Position numbers and translations under genes: made by a program. Shown here piece after piece: positions 18,668 through 28,740 of a stretch of 64,000 nucleotides of DNA. Within the stretch, counting starts at the first letter, position 1. Every line of letters begins with the position of its first letter. Origin of the DNA: a virus (Duplodnaviria > Caudoviricetes). The DNA lies in the IMG/VR virus record IMGVR_UViG_2643221888_000001, positions 1 to 64,000 of that record; one strand, given 5' to 3'. Below the pieces are notes generated by a model. It worked only from the letters and a program-made list of their open reading frames with translations. It was not told where the DNA came from and made no database searches.

Positions 18668-18721
18668 CAAATCAACTACAGAGGGCACCATGATAACACG
18701 TTACACCCGGAGGTCAGAACC

Positions 18722-18913
18722 ATGACGACCTCGATCAACTACGCCGAGAGCAAAGCCCTGGCCGCCGTCAAGGACTGGCGCGTTACTGACAAGGCGAAGA
18801 TCGCCGCGCCGCCGGCCGAGAAGGACCGCGCACGCACGAAGCACCGCCACAACGAGCAGAAGCTGCGCGCCTGCGCCGACCAGCTGCTGAAAGGCGAGGG
18901 TGGCCAGCCATGA
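18722..18913 (+). CDS. Hypothetical protein
   Basis: GGAGG SD; coupled to next gene. Confidence 0.65.
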   Translation: MTTSINYAESKALAAVKDWRVTDKAKIAAPPAEKDRARTKHRHNEQKLRACADQLLKGEGGQP

Positions 18914-19230
18914 CGCACAAACGCGCACCCCACCACGGCAGCCGCACGTTGCTGCTGCTCGCCGCACTGAAGCAAGGCCCCGCCACGTTCTACCAGCTCT
19001 GCGAGCGCGCCAACGTGAACATCGAAAAAAACTCCGATGAAAATGCCGTTCGCGACATGGTCAGCAATATGATCGGGCGCAACGTCAGTTTTGACGGTCT
19101 GCTCTACCGCTTGACCGATCTGTCTCGCGATCTGCCAGCTGCCGGCCAGGTCGCTGGTCCAGCATACCGCGGGACGCCCTATCACGCACCGGTGCGCATC
19201 GTTCGCCGTGCTGCAGGAGCGCGAGCATGA
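18910..19230 (+). CDS. Hypothetical protein, possibly winged helix
   Basis: ATGA overlaps on both sides. Confidence 0.65.
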   Translation: MTHKRAPHHGSRTLLLLAALKQGPATFYQLCERANVNIEKNSDENAVRDMVSNMIGRNVSFDGLLYRLTDLSRDLPAAGQVAGPAYRGTPYHAPVRIVRRAAGARA

Positions 19231-21218
19231 AGCGCGACGACTTCACCATGTCGCTGGACCTGGGCCACGAGCTGATCATTGACAACTTCGCCGGAGGCGG
19301 CGGCACCAGCACCGGCCTGGAAGAAGCCTTCGGCCGCCCGGTCGATATCGCCATCAACCACGACCCCGAAGCGCTGGCAATGCACGCCATGAACCACCCA
19401 CACACGAAGCACCTGTGCGAAAGTGTGTGGGACGTGGACCCGATCAAGGTCACGAACAACCAGCCGGTGGGCCTGGTCTGGCTGTCGCCGGACTGCAAGC
19501 ATTTCAGCAAGGCCAAGGGCGGCACTCCGGTGGCAAAGAATATTCGCGGGCTGGCCTGGGTGACGCTGCGCTGGGCGGCGAAGTGCAAGCCGCGCGTGAT
19601 CATGCTCGAGAACGTCGAAGAATTTAAGACTTGGGGGCCGCTGCTGGTGGACGCAGAGGGTAACTTCCGGCCGGATCCGGCGAAGAAGGGCAAAACCTTC
19701 GAGAGCTTTCTGCGCCAGCTGCGCGCGCACGGTTACACGGTGGACCACCGCGAGCTGCGCGCCAGCGACCACGACACCCCGACCATTCGCAAACGCTTCT
19801 TCCTCGTGGCGCGCCGCGACGGCCTGCCGATCCGCTGGCCGGCGGCCACGCATGGTGCGCCGACCTCGCCGGGCGTGCTGGCGGGCAAGCTGCTGCCGCA
19901 CCGCACGGCGGCCGAATGCATCGACTGGTCAATTCCGTGTCCGTCGATTTTCGAGCGCAAGCGCCCGCTGGCGCCGGCAACGCTGCGTCGCATCGCCAAG
20001 GGCATCATGCGCTACGTGGTGGAAGCGCCCGCGCCATTCATCGTGGGGCAGGGCGGCCCGATCTATTCCGGCAAGCCAGTGTCTGTCGGGCAGCCATTCG
20101 GCACCCTCACGACCGAAAACCACCGCGCCGTAGTCCTGCCTACCATCATCCCGGTCACCCATCAGAGCGGCGACAGGAGCGAGTCCGTGAGCGAACCGTT
20201 TCGCACGATCACCGGCGCGCAGCGCGGCGAGAAGGCGTTGGCCGTGGCCTCGATGGTGCAGATTGGTTACGGCGAGCGCGAGGGCCAAGCGCCGCGCGCG
20301 CTGGACATAGAGAAGCCGCTGGGCACCGTCACCGCCGGAGGCGGCAAGGCGGCGTTGGTCAGCGCATTCTTGAACGAACACGCCAACGCGAGCAACCAGC
20401 GCGTGATGCCGGTGAACGAGCCGCTGCGTACGATCTGCGCGCAAGTGAAGGGCGGCCACATCAGCATGGTCACCGCGCATATTACGAAGTTTCGCACCGG
20501 CGCCACTGGCAGCGACATGATGGAGCCGGTACCGACGATCACGGCCGGCCCGAAAGAAAACCCGGCCGGCGCGCCGCACGCGCTGGGCGTCGTGACGGCG
20601 AACTTGATTCATATGGGCCATGGGGAAGGCAAGGAAGGCGGCAAACGTTTCAGCCACGGAATCCGTGATGTCGAGCAGCCGATCAACACCATCACCGCGA
20701 GCGGCGCCACGGCTGGCGTCGTTACCAGCAGTCTGGTGAAATTGCGCGGCACCAGCAGCACCGCGAGCGTCGAGGAGCCGCTACACACCATCAGCGCCGG
20801 CGGCCAGCATCACGCCGAGGTGCGAGCCTTCCTGCTCAAGTACTACGGCACCGACCAGCATCCTCGCCTCGAGGAGCCGCTGCACACCGTGACCACCAAA
20901 GACCGCTATGGCCTGGTCACCATCCAAGGCGTGGACTACCAGATCGTGGATATCGGTCTGCGCATGCTCGACCCGGCCGAGCTTTACCGTGCTCAGGGCT
21001 TTCCAGCCGACTACGTGATCCGCGAAATCCCGGATCCAGCGCTGCTATTCAAGGACGGCAGCCAGGTAGAAGGCAGCCCGCTGGATCTGCCGCGCATTTC
21101 GCTCACGAAGTCAGCACAGGTGCGCATGTGCGGCAACAGCGTTTGCCCGCCAATGGCGCGCGCGCTGATACAAGCAAACTTTATGCATGAGCGTGACGTG
21201 GGTTGGGTGGCAGCGTGA
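19227..21218 (+). CDS. C5 DNA cytosine methyltransferase
   Basis: FAGGGG (motif I), SPDC (catalytic Cys), ENV, RKRFF, GNSV; repeated EPL(H/R)T units. Confidence 0.95.
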   Translation: MKRDDFTMSLDLGHELIIDNFAGGGGTSTGLEEAFGRPVDIAINHDPEALAMHAMNHPHTKHLCESVWDVDPIKVTNNQPVGLVWLSPDCKHFSKAKGGTPVAKNIRGLAWVTLRWAAKCKPRVIMLENVEEFKTWGPLLVDAEGNFRPDPAKKGKTFESFLRQLRAHGYTVDHRELRASDHDTPTIRKRFFLVARRDGLPIRWPAATHGAPTSPGVLAGKLLPHRTAAECIDWSIPCPSIFERKRPLAPATLRRIAKGIMRYVVEAPAPFIVGQGGPIYSGKPVSVGQPFGTLTTENHRAVVLPTIIPVTHQSGDRSESVSEPFRTITGAQRGEKALAVASMVQIGYGEREGQAPRALDIEKPLGTVTAGGGKAALVSAFLNEHANASNQRVMPVNEPLRTICAQVKGGHISMVTAHITKFRTGATGSDMMEPVPTITAGPKENPAGAPHALGVVTANLIHMGHGEGKEGGKRFSHGIRDVEQPINTITASGATAGVVTSSLVKLRGTSSTASVEEPLHTISAGGQHHAEVRAFLLKYYGTDQHPRLEEPLHTVTTKDRYGLVTIQGVDYQIVDIGLRMLDPAELYRAQGFPADYVIREIPDPALLFKDGSQVEGSPLDLPRISLTKSAQVRMCGNSVCPPMARALIQANFMHERDVGWVAA

Positions 21219-21229
21219 ATATTTTTGCA

Positions 21230-21643
21230 CTAGATCGTGAATGTGTTGCCGAGACTCATAGCCATGTACCGAAATTCGGCAAATCTAACGTCGAATTCTT
21301 CCGCTGTGGCATTGCTATCAAACAGCCATCGCAACGCTGCTTTGGCTTCTTCAGCCGACGGGAATTGGTAGAAGAAGGTACCGACAAGCACTATTGTGCC
21401 AGTCGTGCTTTGTTCCGCAGATTTTTTTGCACGCCAAGTCTCTGCAAAGTTGCGACCCAAGAGAAGAGCCATCTTTGCAGCCTCTTTCTGGCTTGCGAAA
21501 TTTCCCTCCAGCTTCGGCATCCCAACTTGTTTTCCTTGATATCTCACTGTTACGTGAGCGGTCCAAGAGTGGTCCTGCATGGGGGTTGTTTTTATCTCGA
21601 TCTCAAACTCTCGGTAGGGCTCTACCACGGTTGCAGCGTCCAT
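21230..21643 (-). CDS. Antisense accessory protein
   Basis: 137 aa, lower GC, opposite to the operon, GAGG SD. Confidence 0.65.
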   Translation of the reverse strand: MDAATVVEPYREFEIEIKTTPMQDHSWTAHVTVRYQGKQVGMPKLEGNFASQKEAAKMALLLGRNFAETWRAKKSAEQSTTGTIVLVGTFFYQFPSAEEAKAALRWLFDSNATAEEFDVRFAEFRYMAMSLGNTFTI

Positions 21644-21678
21644 TTAAACCTCAAAAGTTATCCAAAAGGAATCGTATC

Positions 21679-22116
21679 ATGATATACGACTTGTCCCGCG
21701 AAGAGCGCCGTCACCGCGCCATCGCCAACGAAAAGCCGGCGCCTGTGCTCAGGCCCCAGCGCTGCGCCTGCGGCAAGGCCGCGCCGGCCAAGCAGCTAGT
21801 CCAGCATCAGCACTGCGTCGCCTGCCTGTTCGCCGCGCGCGTCGCGACGCTGCAAGACGACGACCTCGACGTGCTTCACCACATGCTGGGCGCCACCGGG
21901 CACCACCCGCAGTCCCGCTGGGGCTTCCGCAACGAATACCTGGCCAACCGCCGCGACCTGCTTGCGCTTGAGCGGCTGGTGGCTGGCGGCTTCGTGCGCG
22001 CTGGCACAATGCTTTTGGACTTGCGCTACTTCCACGCCACTCGTGATGGTTGCAAGCTGGCGGGTTTGAGCGCAGTCGCGGCACGCCACGCGTTGGAGCT
22101 ACTTCATGAGCATTAA
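21679..22116 (+). CDS. Hypothetical phage protein with Cys cluster
   Basis: AAGGA SD; CACG..CVAC. Confidence 0.7.
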   Translation: MIYDLSREERRHRAIANEKPAPVLRPQRCACGKAAPAKQLVQHQHCVACLFAARVATLQDDDLDVLHHMLGATGHHPQSRWGFRNEYLANRRDLLALERLVAGGFVRAGTMLLDLRYFHATRDGCKLAGLSAVAARHALELLHEH

Positions 22117-22150
22117 AACTCGGCCCGGCAGTATAAAAACTAAATCGCGC

Positions 22151-22807
22151 TCAAGTTTCTTGGCTCAGCAAAGCCCGTGCGCGATCGACTCCATTGGACA
22201 CGCGTTCAAACGCGTCTTCGCTGGCCAGGCGGAATTCTTCGACCTGAGCGAACCATTCGTCAATGTTTTGATTATCCAGATGGGGATTTTCGCGACCAAA
22301 TTCGGTGAGGCGATACGCCGAAGCAAGGCAGTTTTGTACGCCGAGCACCCCTTTAATCATTTCAGTCGAGCGCAGTTCATGCAGAGGTATCAACTCAATG
22401 GCCCTTTTCCCTCCGTGAAAATCCAGGTAATAGGACGAGACGAGGAAATAGCCCATGAAGGATCCCTTGTTGCTCATATTGGTGAATGCTTCGTCGATAA
22501 TTTCTTTGGCATGTGCGACCACGGCAAACGCGGAGAGGAGTCGCTCAACGTCCTCCTCAAGTCTTTCCCTTTTTGCGAGCGCTGCGGCACTCTGAGCTTG
22601 TCGATTTGCAAGCGCAAAACCAGAAGCGATGGCGATTACCGAGCCTATAGCTTGAACCCAACCAGCCGCCTCACTCGACGCCAATCCCTTTTTCGGATCC
22701 TGCATGACAAGCCGAAGCGCAAACAACATCGAGGCAAATATCCCCAACATAAAGGCGATGGCCACAATATTCGTCGTCGTGCGAACTGCAGCTTTAAGTT
22801 TGGACAT
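22151..22807 (-). CDS. Antisense accessory membrane protein
   Basis: Two N-terminal TM segments (AAGWVQAIGSVIAIASG); lower GC. Confidence 0.7.
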   Translation of the reverse strand: MSKLKAAVRTTTNIVAIAFMLGIFASMLFALRLVMQDPKKGLASSEAAGWVQAIGSVIAIASGFALANRQAQSAAALAKRERLEEDVERLLSAFAVVAHAKEIIDEAFTNMSNKGSFMGYFLVSSYYLDFHGGKRAIELIPLHELRSTEMIKGVLGVQNCLASAYRLTEFGRENPHLDNQNIDEWFAQVEEFRLASEDAFERVSNGVDRARALLSQET

Positions 22808-22839
22808 TTCGCTATCCCAGTGAAATTGCGGATCGTAGC

Positions 22840-23535
22840 ATGATGCGCCGCACACCCATGAAAACTGGCTCCTCCCCAATGAAGCGCCAGGCCTTCGCGC
22901 GCACTGAGCGTATCGAAGCGCGTGAGGTTACGAAGACCATCACCAAGGCTGCGCGCGAGAAGAAGCACAAGTGCGTGGTCAAGTCGTGCCGCGCCGAGTT
23001 CGTTCGACCGCAGCCGTTCGTGACCTGGTGCTCGCCTGAGTGCGGCACGGTGGTGGCGCTGGCGAAGCTCGACAAGCAACGCCAGGCCACGGCCAAGGCC
23101 GAGCGCAAGGACCGCCAGGAGAAGCTGGCCAAGTTCAAGCGCAAGGCTGACCACGTGGCCGACTGCCAGAAGGCTTTCAACGCCTGGGTGCGTTTTCGCG
23201 ATCGGCTGCTGCCGTGCATCTGCTGCGGCCGCGCCCTGACCGGCGTGGATGGCCTGGGCGCCCACGGCTGGGATGCCGGCCACTATCGCAGCGTCGGCAG
23301 CGCTCCACACCTGCGCTTCCATCCGGACAACGTGCACCGCCAGCTGGTGCACTGCAACCGCTACGGCGCCGGCCGCGCGGTCGACTACCGCATCGGCCTG
23401 ATCAAACGCATTGGCCAGGCAGCTGTGGAGGCGCTGGAGGCCGACAACGAACCGCGCCACTACACGGCCGACCAGCTGATCGCCATGACCGCGCACTACC
23501 GAAAACTTTTAAAAGAACTCAAGGCGGCGGCCTGA
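22840..23535 (+). CDS. ninG: NinG/Rap-family endonuclease
   Basis: WCSPECG, FNAWVRFRD..PCICCG, WDAGHYRSVG, NVHRQLVHCN. Confidence 0.92.
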   Translation: MMRRTPMKTGSSPMKRQAFARTERIEAREVTKTITKAAREKKHKCVVKSCRAEFVRPQPFVTWCSPECGTVVALAKLDKQRQATAKAERKDRQEKLAKFKRKADHVADCQKAFNAWVRFRDRLLPCICCGRALTGVDGLGAHGWDAGHYRSVGSAPHLRFHPDNVHRQLVHCNRYGAGRAVDYRIGLIKRIGQAAVEALEADNEPRHYTADQLIAMTAHYRKLLKELKAAA

Positions 23536-23568
23536 CGGCCGTCGTCAACATCACCAACGGAAATTACC

Positions 23569-26199
23569 ATGAGCGCATTTAGCCACGAAGAACAGAAACT
23601 GCTGATCCAGGCCGAATACGGCCAGTTCCTCCGCGACAAAATCAAGCTGGCGCCGTCTAAAGGCTTCGACGTACCGCTCGAGCAAATCCACCCGGGCTTG
23701 AAGCCGCACACTCGCGACATCGTGCGCTGGGCACTCGCCGGCGGCCAGCGCGCCGTCTTCGCTTCATTTGGCCTGCACAAGACCAGCACTAATCTTGAGG
23801 TGATGCGCCAGATCGGCATCCACCGGCCCGGCGGGATCCGTGGCATAGTCGCGCCGCTGGGCGTGCGCCAGGAGTTCTCGCGCGAGGTGGCGAAACGCTT
23901 CACTGGCGACCAGGCCATCGACCTGCGCTTCATCCGCTCGGACGCTGAAATAGACGACCCGGCCACGATTTACATGACCAATTACGAGTCTGTGCGCGAG
24001 GCCAAGGTGGACGTGACGAAGTGGCAGGCCTCGGGCCTTGACGAAGCCAGCGTGTTGCGCAGCTACGGCAGCAAGACCTACCAAGAATTCCTGCCGATGT
24101 TCGCGCCGGTGGAGTTCAAATTCGTGTACACCGCCACGCCGAGTCCCAACCGGTTCAAAGAACTGATCCATTACGCCGGCTACCTGGGCGTGATGGACAC
24201 TGGCCAGGCCCTGACGCGCTTCTTCCAGCGCGATAGCGAGAAGGCGGGCAATCTCACACTCTACCCGCACAAGGAGCATGAATTCTGGCTGTGGGTAGCC
24301 AGCTGGGCAGTCTTCATCCAAAAGCCCAGCGACCTGGGCCACTCGGACGAAGGCTACGACCTGCCGCCGATCGAGGTCCGGTACCACGAGGTGCCCAGCA
24401 ACTACGACACAGCCGGCGCCGAGAAGAACGGCCAGGGCCTGCTGATCCCTAATGTGGCCATGGGCCTGTCCGCCGCCGCCGGCGAGAAGCGCGACAGCAT
24501 GGGCGCGCGCGTGGCGAAGGTGGCCGAGATCATCGCGGCCGATCCCGCTGATCACTTTCTTGTATGGCACGATCTTGAGGATGAGCGCCACGCAATCCAG
24601 GCGGCGATTCCGTCTGCCGTGAGCGTGTGGGGTACGCAGCAGATCGACGAGCGCGAGCAGCGGATCGCTGACTTCAGCGACGGCAAGGTGCAGATCCTGT
24701 CCACCAAACCCATCATTGCCGGCAGCGGCTGCAATTTCCAGCAGCACTGCCACCGCGAGATTTTCGCGGGGATCGGATTCAAGTTCAACGATTTCATCCA
24801 GGCCGTCCACCGCGTGCAGCGCTTCCAGCAGGCGCACCCGGTCATCATCGACATCGTGCATACCGAGGTCGAGCGCAAGGTGCTGGCCGACCTGCAGGTG
24901 AAGTGGCGACAGCACGAGGAAATGCAGGCCAAGATGGGCGAGATCATCCGCACCTACGGGCTCGACCAACTGTCGATGCAGGATTCGCTGGCGCGCACGA
25001 TCGGCGTGCAGCGCCAGGTCGTCGCCGGCGACCGCTTCGAGGTGGCAAACAACGACTGCGTGCTCGAAGCGCTCGAGCAGCCCGACAACTCGGTGGGCAT
25101 GATCATCACCAGCATCCCGTTCGCCAACCATTACGAATACACGCCGAGCTACAACGACTTCGGCCACACGCAGAACAACGACCACTTTTGGCGCCAGATG
25201 GATTTCCTGACGCCGCAGCTGCTGCGCATCTTGCAGCCGGGCCGTATCTACGCTTGCCACGTGAAGGACCGCATCAATTTCGGCAACGTCACCGGCGCCG
25301 GCGTGCCCACGGTCAGCCCGTTCCACGCCGAGGCGCTGTTCCATGGCATCAAGCACGGCTTCGACTACATCGGCATGATCACGGTCACAACCGACGTCGT
25401 GCGCGAAAATAATCAGACCTACCGCCTGGGTTATTCCGAGGTTTGCAAGGACGGCACGAAGATGGGCGTCGGATCACCAGAATACATCCTGCTGTTCCAC
25501 AAGCCGCAGACCGACCGTAGCCGTGGCTATGCCGACGTGCCGGTCACCAAGGCCAAGCCGATGTGTCTGGATGAGCAGGGCGCCGCCGTACCTTTCGACC
25601 GCAAGCTGGCGCCGATCCCGGGCTCAGGCTACAGCGTTGGCCGCTGGCAGCTTGATGCGCATGCGTACTGGAAAACCAGTGGCGACCGGCTGCTGAGCGC
25701 CCAGGAGCTGGCCAGCTACGGTCCGGCCAAGTTGGCCAAGTTGTTCACCGAGCTGTCACTAACCAATGTCTACAACTATGAGTACCACGTGGACGTGGCC
25801 GAGGCGATGCTGGCGAACAAGGCTTTGCCGGCTGACTATATGAGCCTGGCCCCGGGCAGCAACGATCCGATGGTGTGGCACGACATCGTGCGCATGAGGA
25901 CGCTAAACGGCGAGCAGTCAGCCCGCGCGGTAGAGAAACACGTATGCCCCTTCCAGATCGACATTGTGGACCGGCTGGTTAGCCGTTATACCAACCCGGG
26001 CGAGGTTGTGTACGACCCCTTCTGCGGCCTGGGCACGGTGCCTGTGCGCGCGATGAAGCTGGGCCGGCGCGGCGCTGGCTCGGAACTGAATCCGGCGTAC
26101 TTCGCCGACCAAGTGCACTACTGCCGCACTATGGAGCGCGAGCTGTCGGTGCCGACGCTGTTCGATTTCGAAGCCCTGGACTTGGAGAATGAAAAGTGA
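23569..26199 (+). CDS. SNF2-like helicase fused to N4/N6 DNA methyltransferase
   Basis: FGLHKT, DEAS, TATPSPN, QAVHRVQRFQQ; then TSIPF (motif IV) before DPFCGLGT (motif I), beta-class order. Confidence 0.9.
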   Translation: MSAFSHEEQKLLIQAEYGQFLRDKIKLAPSKGFDVPLEQIHPGLKPHTRDIVRWALAGGQRAVFASFGLHKTSTNLEVMRQIGIHRPGGIRGIVAPLGVRQEFSREVAKRFTGDQAIDLRFIRSDAEIDDPATIYMTNYESVREAKVDVTKWQASGLDEASVLRSYGSKTYQEFLPMFAPVEFKFVYTATPSPNRFKELIHYAGYLGVMDTGQALTRFFQRDSEKAGNLTLYPHKEHEFWLWVASWAVFIQKPSDLGHSDEGYDLPPIEVRYHEVPSNYDTAGAEKNGQGLLIPNVAMGLSAAAGEKRDSMGARVAKVAEIIAADPADHFLVWHDLEDERHAIQAAIPSAVSVWGTQQIDEREQRIADFSDGKVQILSTKPIIAGSGCNFQQHCHREIFAGIGFKFNDFIQAVHRVQRFQQAHPVIIDIVHTEVERKVLADLQVKWRQHEEMQAKMGEIIRTYGLDQLSMQDSLARTIGVQRQVVAGDRFEVANNDCVLEALEQPDNSVGMIITSIPFANHYEYTPSYNDFGHTQNNDHFWRQMDFLTPQLLRILQPGRIYACHVKDRINFGNVTGAGVPTVSPFHAEALFHGIKHGFDYIGMITVTTDVVRENNQTYRLGYSEVCKDGTKMGVGSPEYILLFHKPQTDRSRGYADVPVTKAKPMCLDEQGAAVPFDRKLAPIPGSGYSVGRWQLDAHAYWKTSGDRLLSAQELASYGPAKLAKLFTELSLTNVYNYEYHVDVAEAMLANKALPADYMSLAPGSNDPMVWHDIVRMRTLNGEQSARAVEKHVCPFQIDIVDRLVSRYTNPGEVVYDPFCGLGTVPVRAMKLGRRGAGSELNPAYFADQVHYCRTMERELSVPTLFDFEALDLENEK

Positions 26200-26612
26200 A
26201 GGCCGATCACCCACTCACCGCACGCCGAATCGCCGCCATCACGGCAGCACTCCAAGCCGGCCCGCTGTGCGCGCACGACCTGGCGCCGAAAGTATTTTTA
26301 TGCTTTGAGCAGGCGCGCCGTTACCTGCAGTTCATGCAGGCCCAAGGCCTGGCCCACATCGCGAAATGGCCACTGCGTTGCACGCCTCGCGCAACCCGCG
26401 TTGCCGCATATGCCCTGGGCGGCGGCGCGGACGCGAAGAAGCCCGCACGTCGGACCGGGCAGCAGCGCCAGGCGCGCGCTAAAGCGAAGCTGCGGGCAGA
26501 CGCTGAGCGGTACGAGTTCCACCTCGCTAAGTGCCGGGCGCGCAAGCGCAAGGCTGCGCGCGACCCGCTCGTCGCTGCAATGTTTGGTAGCACCGTGGAG
26601 TCCCGACCATGA
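26196..26612 (+). CDS. Hypothetical basic, HTH-like protein
   Basis: Coupled ORF ending RDPLVAAMFG. Confidence 0.7.
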   Translation: MKADHPLTARRIAAITAALQAGPLCAHDLAPKVFLCFEQARRYLQFMQAQGLAHIAKWPLRCTPRATRVAAYALGGGADAKKPARRTGQQRQARAKAKLRADAERYEFHLAKCRARKRKAARDPLVAAMFGSTVESRP

Positions 26613-27457
26613 ACTATTACCAGCACCACATTGGCGACTTCCGCGCCGGTACTTTCACCATGGGGCGTCTGGAGCGCTGGCTATACCGCGACATGATGGA
26701 CATGTACTACGACACCGAAAAACCGCTGCCTTTGGACCATGAAGAGCTGTTCTACATCCTTGGAACGACCGTTGAACAGGAGCGAACGGCCGTTGAACGT
26801 CTGTTGAAATTTAAGTTCCAAAAGACAACAGATGGGTACGTCCACGAGCGCTGCGACAGTGAAATTCGAGCGTTTCACGAGAAGGCTGAGAAAGCTTCGG
26901 CTGCAGGTAGAGCTTCTGCTGCCAGTCGTACAACAAAAAAGCCAACGGGCGTTGAACAAGATTTGAACGGACGTTCAACGGACGTTCAACGTCCGTCAAC
27001 TAACCATAAACCATTAACCAATAACCATAAGAATAAAACCTTGTCGGCGCAGAGCCCCGACGCGCCGAACGCGAGCGACGAGCAGATTGACGACGAGGGC
27101 AGGGAGCGCCGCAAGCAGCGCCGCAGCACGCCTGAAGACGAGACGTGCGCGCGCTGGCTCTACGGCCGCATCCTGACGAACAACCCCGGCCATAAGGCGC
27201 CGAACTTCGAAGTATGGGCCGACGAGGTGCGCCTGATGCGCGAGCGCGACCACCGGTCCCACCGCGAGATCTGCGAGCTGTTCGGCTGGGCGCAGGACGA
27301 CGACTTCTGGAAAGCCAACATGCTGTCGCCCGCCAAGCTGCGCGAGAAGTGGGACCAACTGACGATCAAACGCGGCACGCCGCAGAAAGGCACGAAACAT
27401 GGAAACTTCGCTTCGCAGGATTACCGGGCCGGGGTTAGCGCTGATGGCAAATTCTGA
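26609..27457 (+). CDS. DUF1376/YdaU replication initiator (O-like)
   Basis: MNYYQHHIGDF N-terminus; lambda O-like C-terminus DDFWKANMLSPAKLREKWDQL. Confidence 0.9.
   Translation: MNYYQHHIGDFRAGTFTMGRLERWLYRDMMDMYYDTEKPLPLDHEELFYILGTTVEQERTAVERLLKFKFQKTTDGYVHERCDSEIRAFHEKAEKASAAGRASAASRTTKKPTGVEQDLNGRSTDVQRPSTNHKPLTNNHKNKTLSAQSPDAPNASDEQIDDEGRERRKQRRSTPEDETCARWLYGRILTNNPGHKAPNFEVWADEVRLMRERDHRSHREICELFGWAQDDDFWKANMLSPAKLREKWDQLTIKRGTPQKGTKHGNFASQDYRAGVSADGKF
26769..27040 (+). repeat. Probable replication origin: iterons plus AT-rich repeats
   Basis: Multiple GTTGAAC/GTTCAAC units followed by (T/A)AACCA repeats at 27001-27040, inside the initiator gene. Confidence 0.7.
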
Positions 27458-28217
27458 GCGCCGCCCGCGCTTCATGAGCGCGATCCTCGAAACCTGCCAG
27501 CAGCACGGCGAATATACCTCGCTGCTGCTGACCGGCGGCTGGTCTGCCTGCGTGAAGTGCGAGCACGCGGCCGAGGCGGCGGCTACGGCAGCCGCACAGG
27601 CCTTGTGGCAGGCCGAACTTCGCAACCGAGCTTGGGAGGCGCGGCTGGGCCGCGCGGCGATCCCTGAGCGCTTCTCCGACCGCCGGCTGGGCACCTACGT
27701 GCCGACGTGCGAGGAGGCCGAGAAGGCGCTGCGCATGGTCACTCGGTATGCGGACAATTTCGCCGCCGTGCGCAAGGCCGGCGCCTGCCTGATCCTGTGC
27801 GGTGACGTCGGTACCGGGAAGACCCACCTGGCCGTCGGCGTGGCGCACGTGGTGCTGGAGCAGGGCGGCCAGGCCGTCTTCACTTCGGTGATGCGCGCGG
27901 TCAGGTCCGTGAAGGAAACCTATGCCAAGGGCAACCCGAAGACCGAAGCGCAGGCGATCGCCGACCTAGTCGAGCCGGACCTGCTGATCCTCGACGAGGT
28001 GGGCGTACAGCACGGCAGCGACACCGAGAAGCTGGTGCTGTTCGAGATCATCAATGGCCGATACGAAGCTGGCCGCCCTACGATCGTCATCAGCAACTTG
28101 GCGATCAAACTGCTCGAGGAATACCTCGGCGCGCGCGCGTTCGACCGGTTGCGCGAGGGCGGCGGCCAGCTTGTGGTGTGCGACTGGGAATCGTACCGGT
28201 CGCGGCGGGCTGCCTGA
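27444..28217 (+). CDS. DnaC/IstB-like helicase loader ATPase
   Basis: GDVGTGKT Walker A, LLILDEVG Walker B, TIVISN, DRL. Confidence 0.92.
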   Translation: MANSERRPRFMSAILETCQQHGEYTSLLLTGGWSACVKCEHAAEAAATAAAQALWQAELRNRAWEARLGRAAIPERFSDRRLGTYVPTCEEAEKALRMVTRYADNFAAVRKAGACLILCGDVGTGKTHLAVGVAHVVLEQGGQAVFTSVMRAVRSVKETYAKGNPKTEAQAIADLVEPDLLILDEVGVQHGSDTEKLVLFEIINGRYEAGRPTIVISNLAIKLLEEYLGARAFDRLREGGGQLVVCDWESYRSRRAA

Positions 28218-28627
28218 TGGGCGCGCGCCACACCTTCGTCGCCAACCCGCTCGACGTCCTGGCCGCCAAGCGCCTGATCGAGCCGGAGGACGTCGATCGC
28301 ATCGCGCTGCTGGTGCTGATCGCGCTGGACGCGGCCAAGCGCGGCGCAGCGCCGGCGTCGCTGGCCAACACGCTCACCGAGCACCTGCTGACCAGCGCGG
28401 CGCTGTGGTCGCAGCAAGGCAATCGGCGACTGTACGAAAAGTCGGTGTTGGCCTGGGAGGCGCTGCGCAAGGCCTGCGCGCGCCCGACGGCGCTTCTCGA
28501 CCTCACCACTGGCGAGTACGCGGCGATTCGCCTGTCGATCGCGTACTACGTCCGGGCGCTGTCCAGGGTCGAGGTAGGAGCGCTCGCGGCGGCCCACGTC
28601 AAGGCGCTGGAGCAGTTGCGCGGCTGA
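28217..28627 (+). CDS. Hypothetical phage protein
   Basis: TGATG coupling. Confidence 0.7.
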   Translation: MGARHTFVANPLDVLAAKRLIEPEDVDRIALLVLIALDAAKRGAAPASLANTLTEHLLTSAALWSQQGNRRLYEKSVLAWEALRKACARPTALLDLTTGEYAAIRLSIAYYVRALSRVEVGALAAAHVKALEQLRG

Positions 28628-28740
28628 AACTGCGGCCAGCAGGAAACCGTTCGTCAGAAATTGCAACACTTTGCCAATCTGCCCATTGTTTCTGGGATTT
28701 CCGTGTGTTAACGTCCTGCCGTCGCCACGGGAGAACGCAC

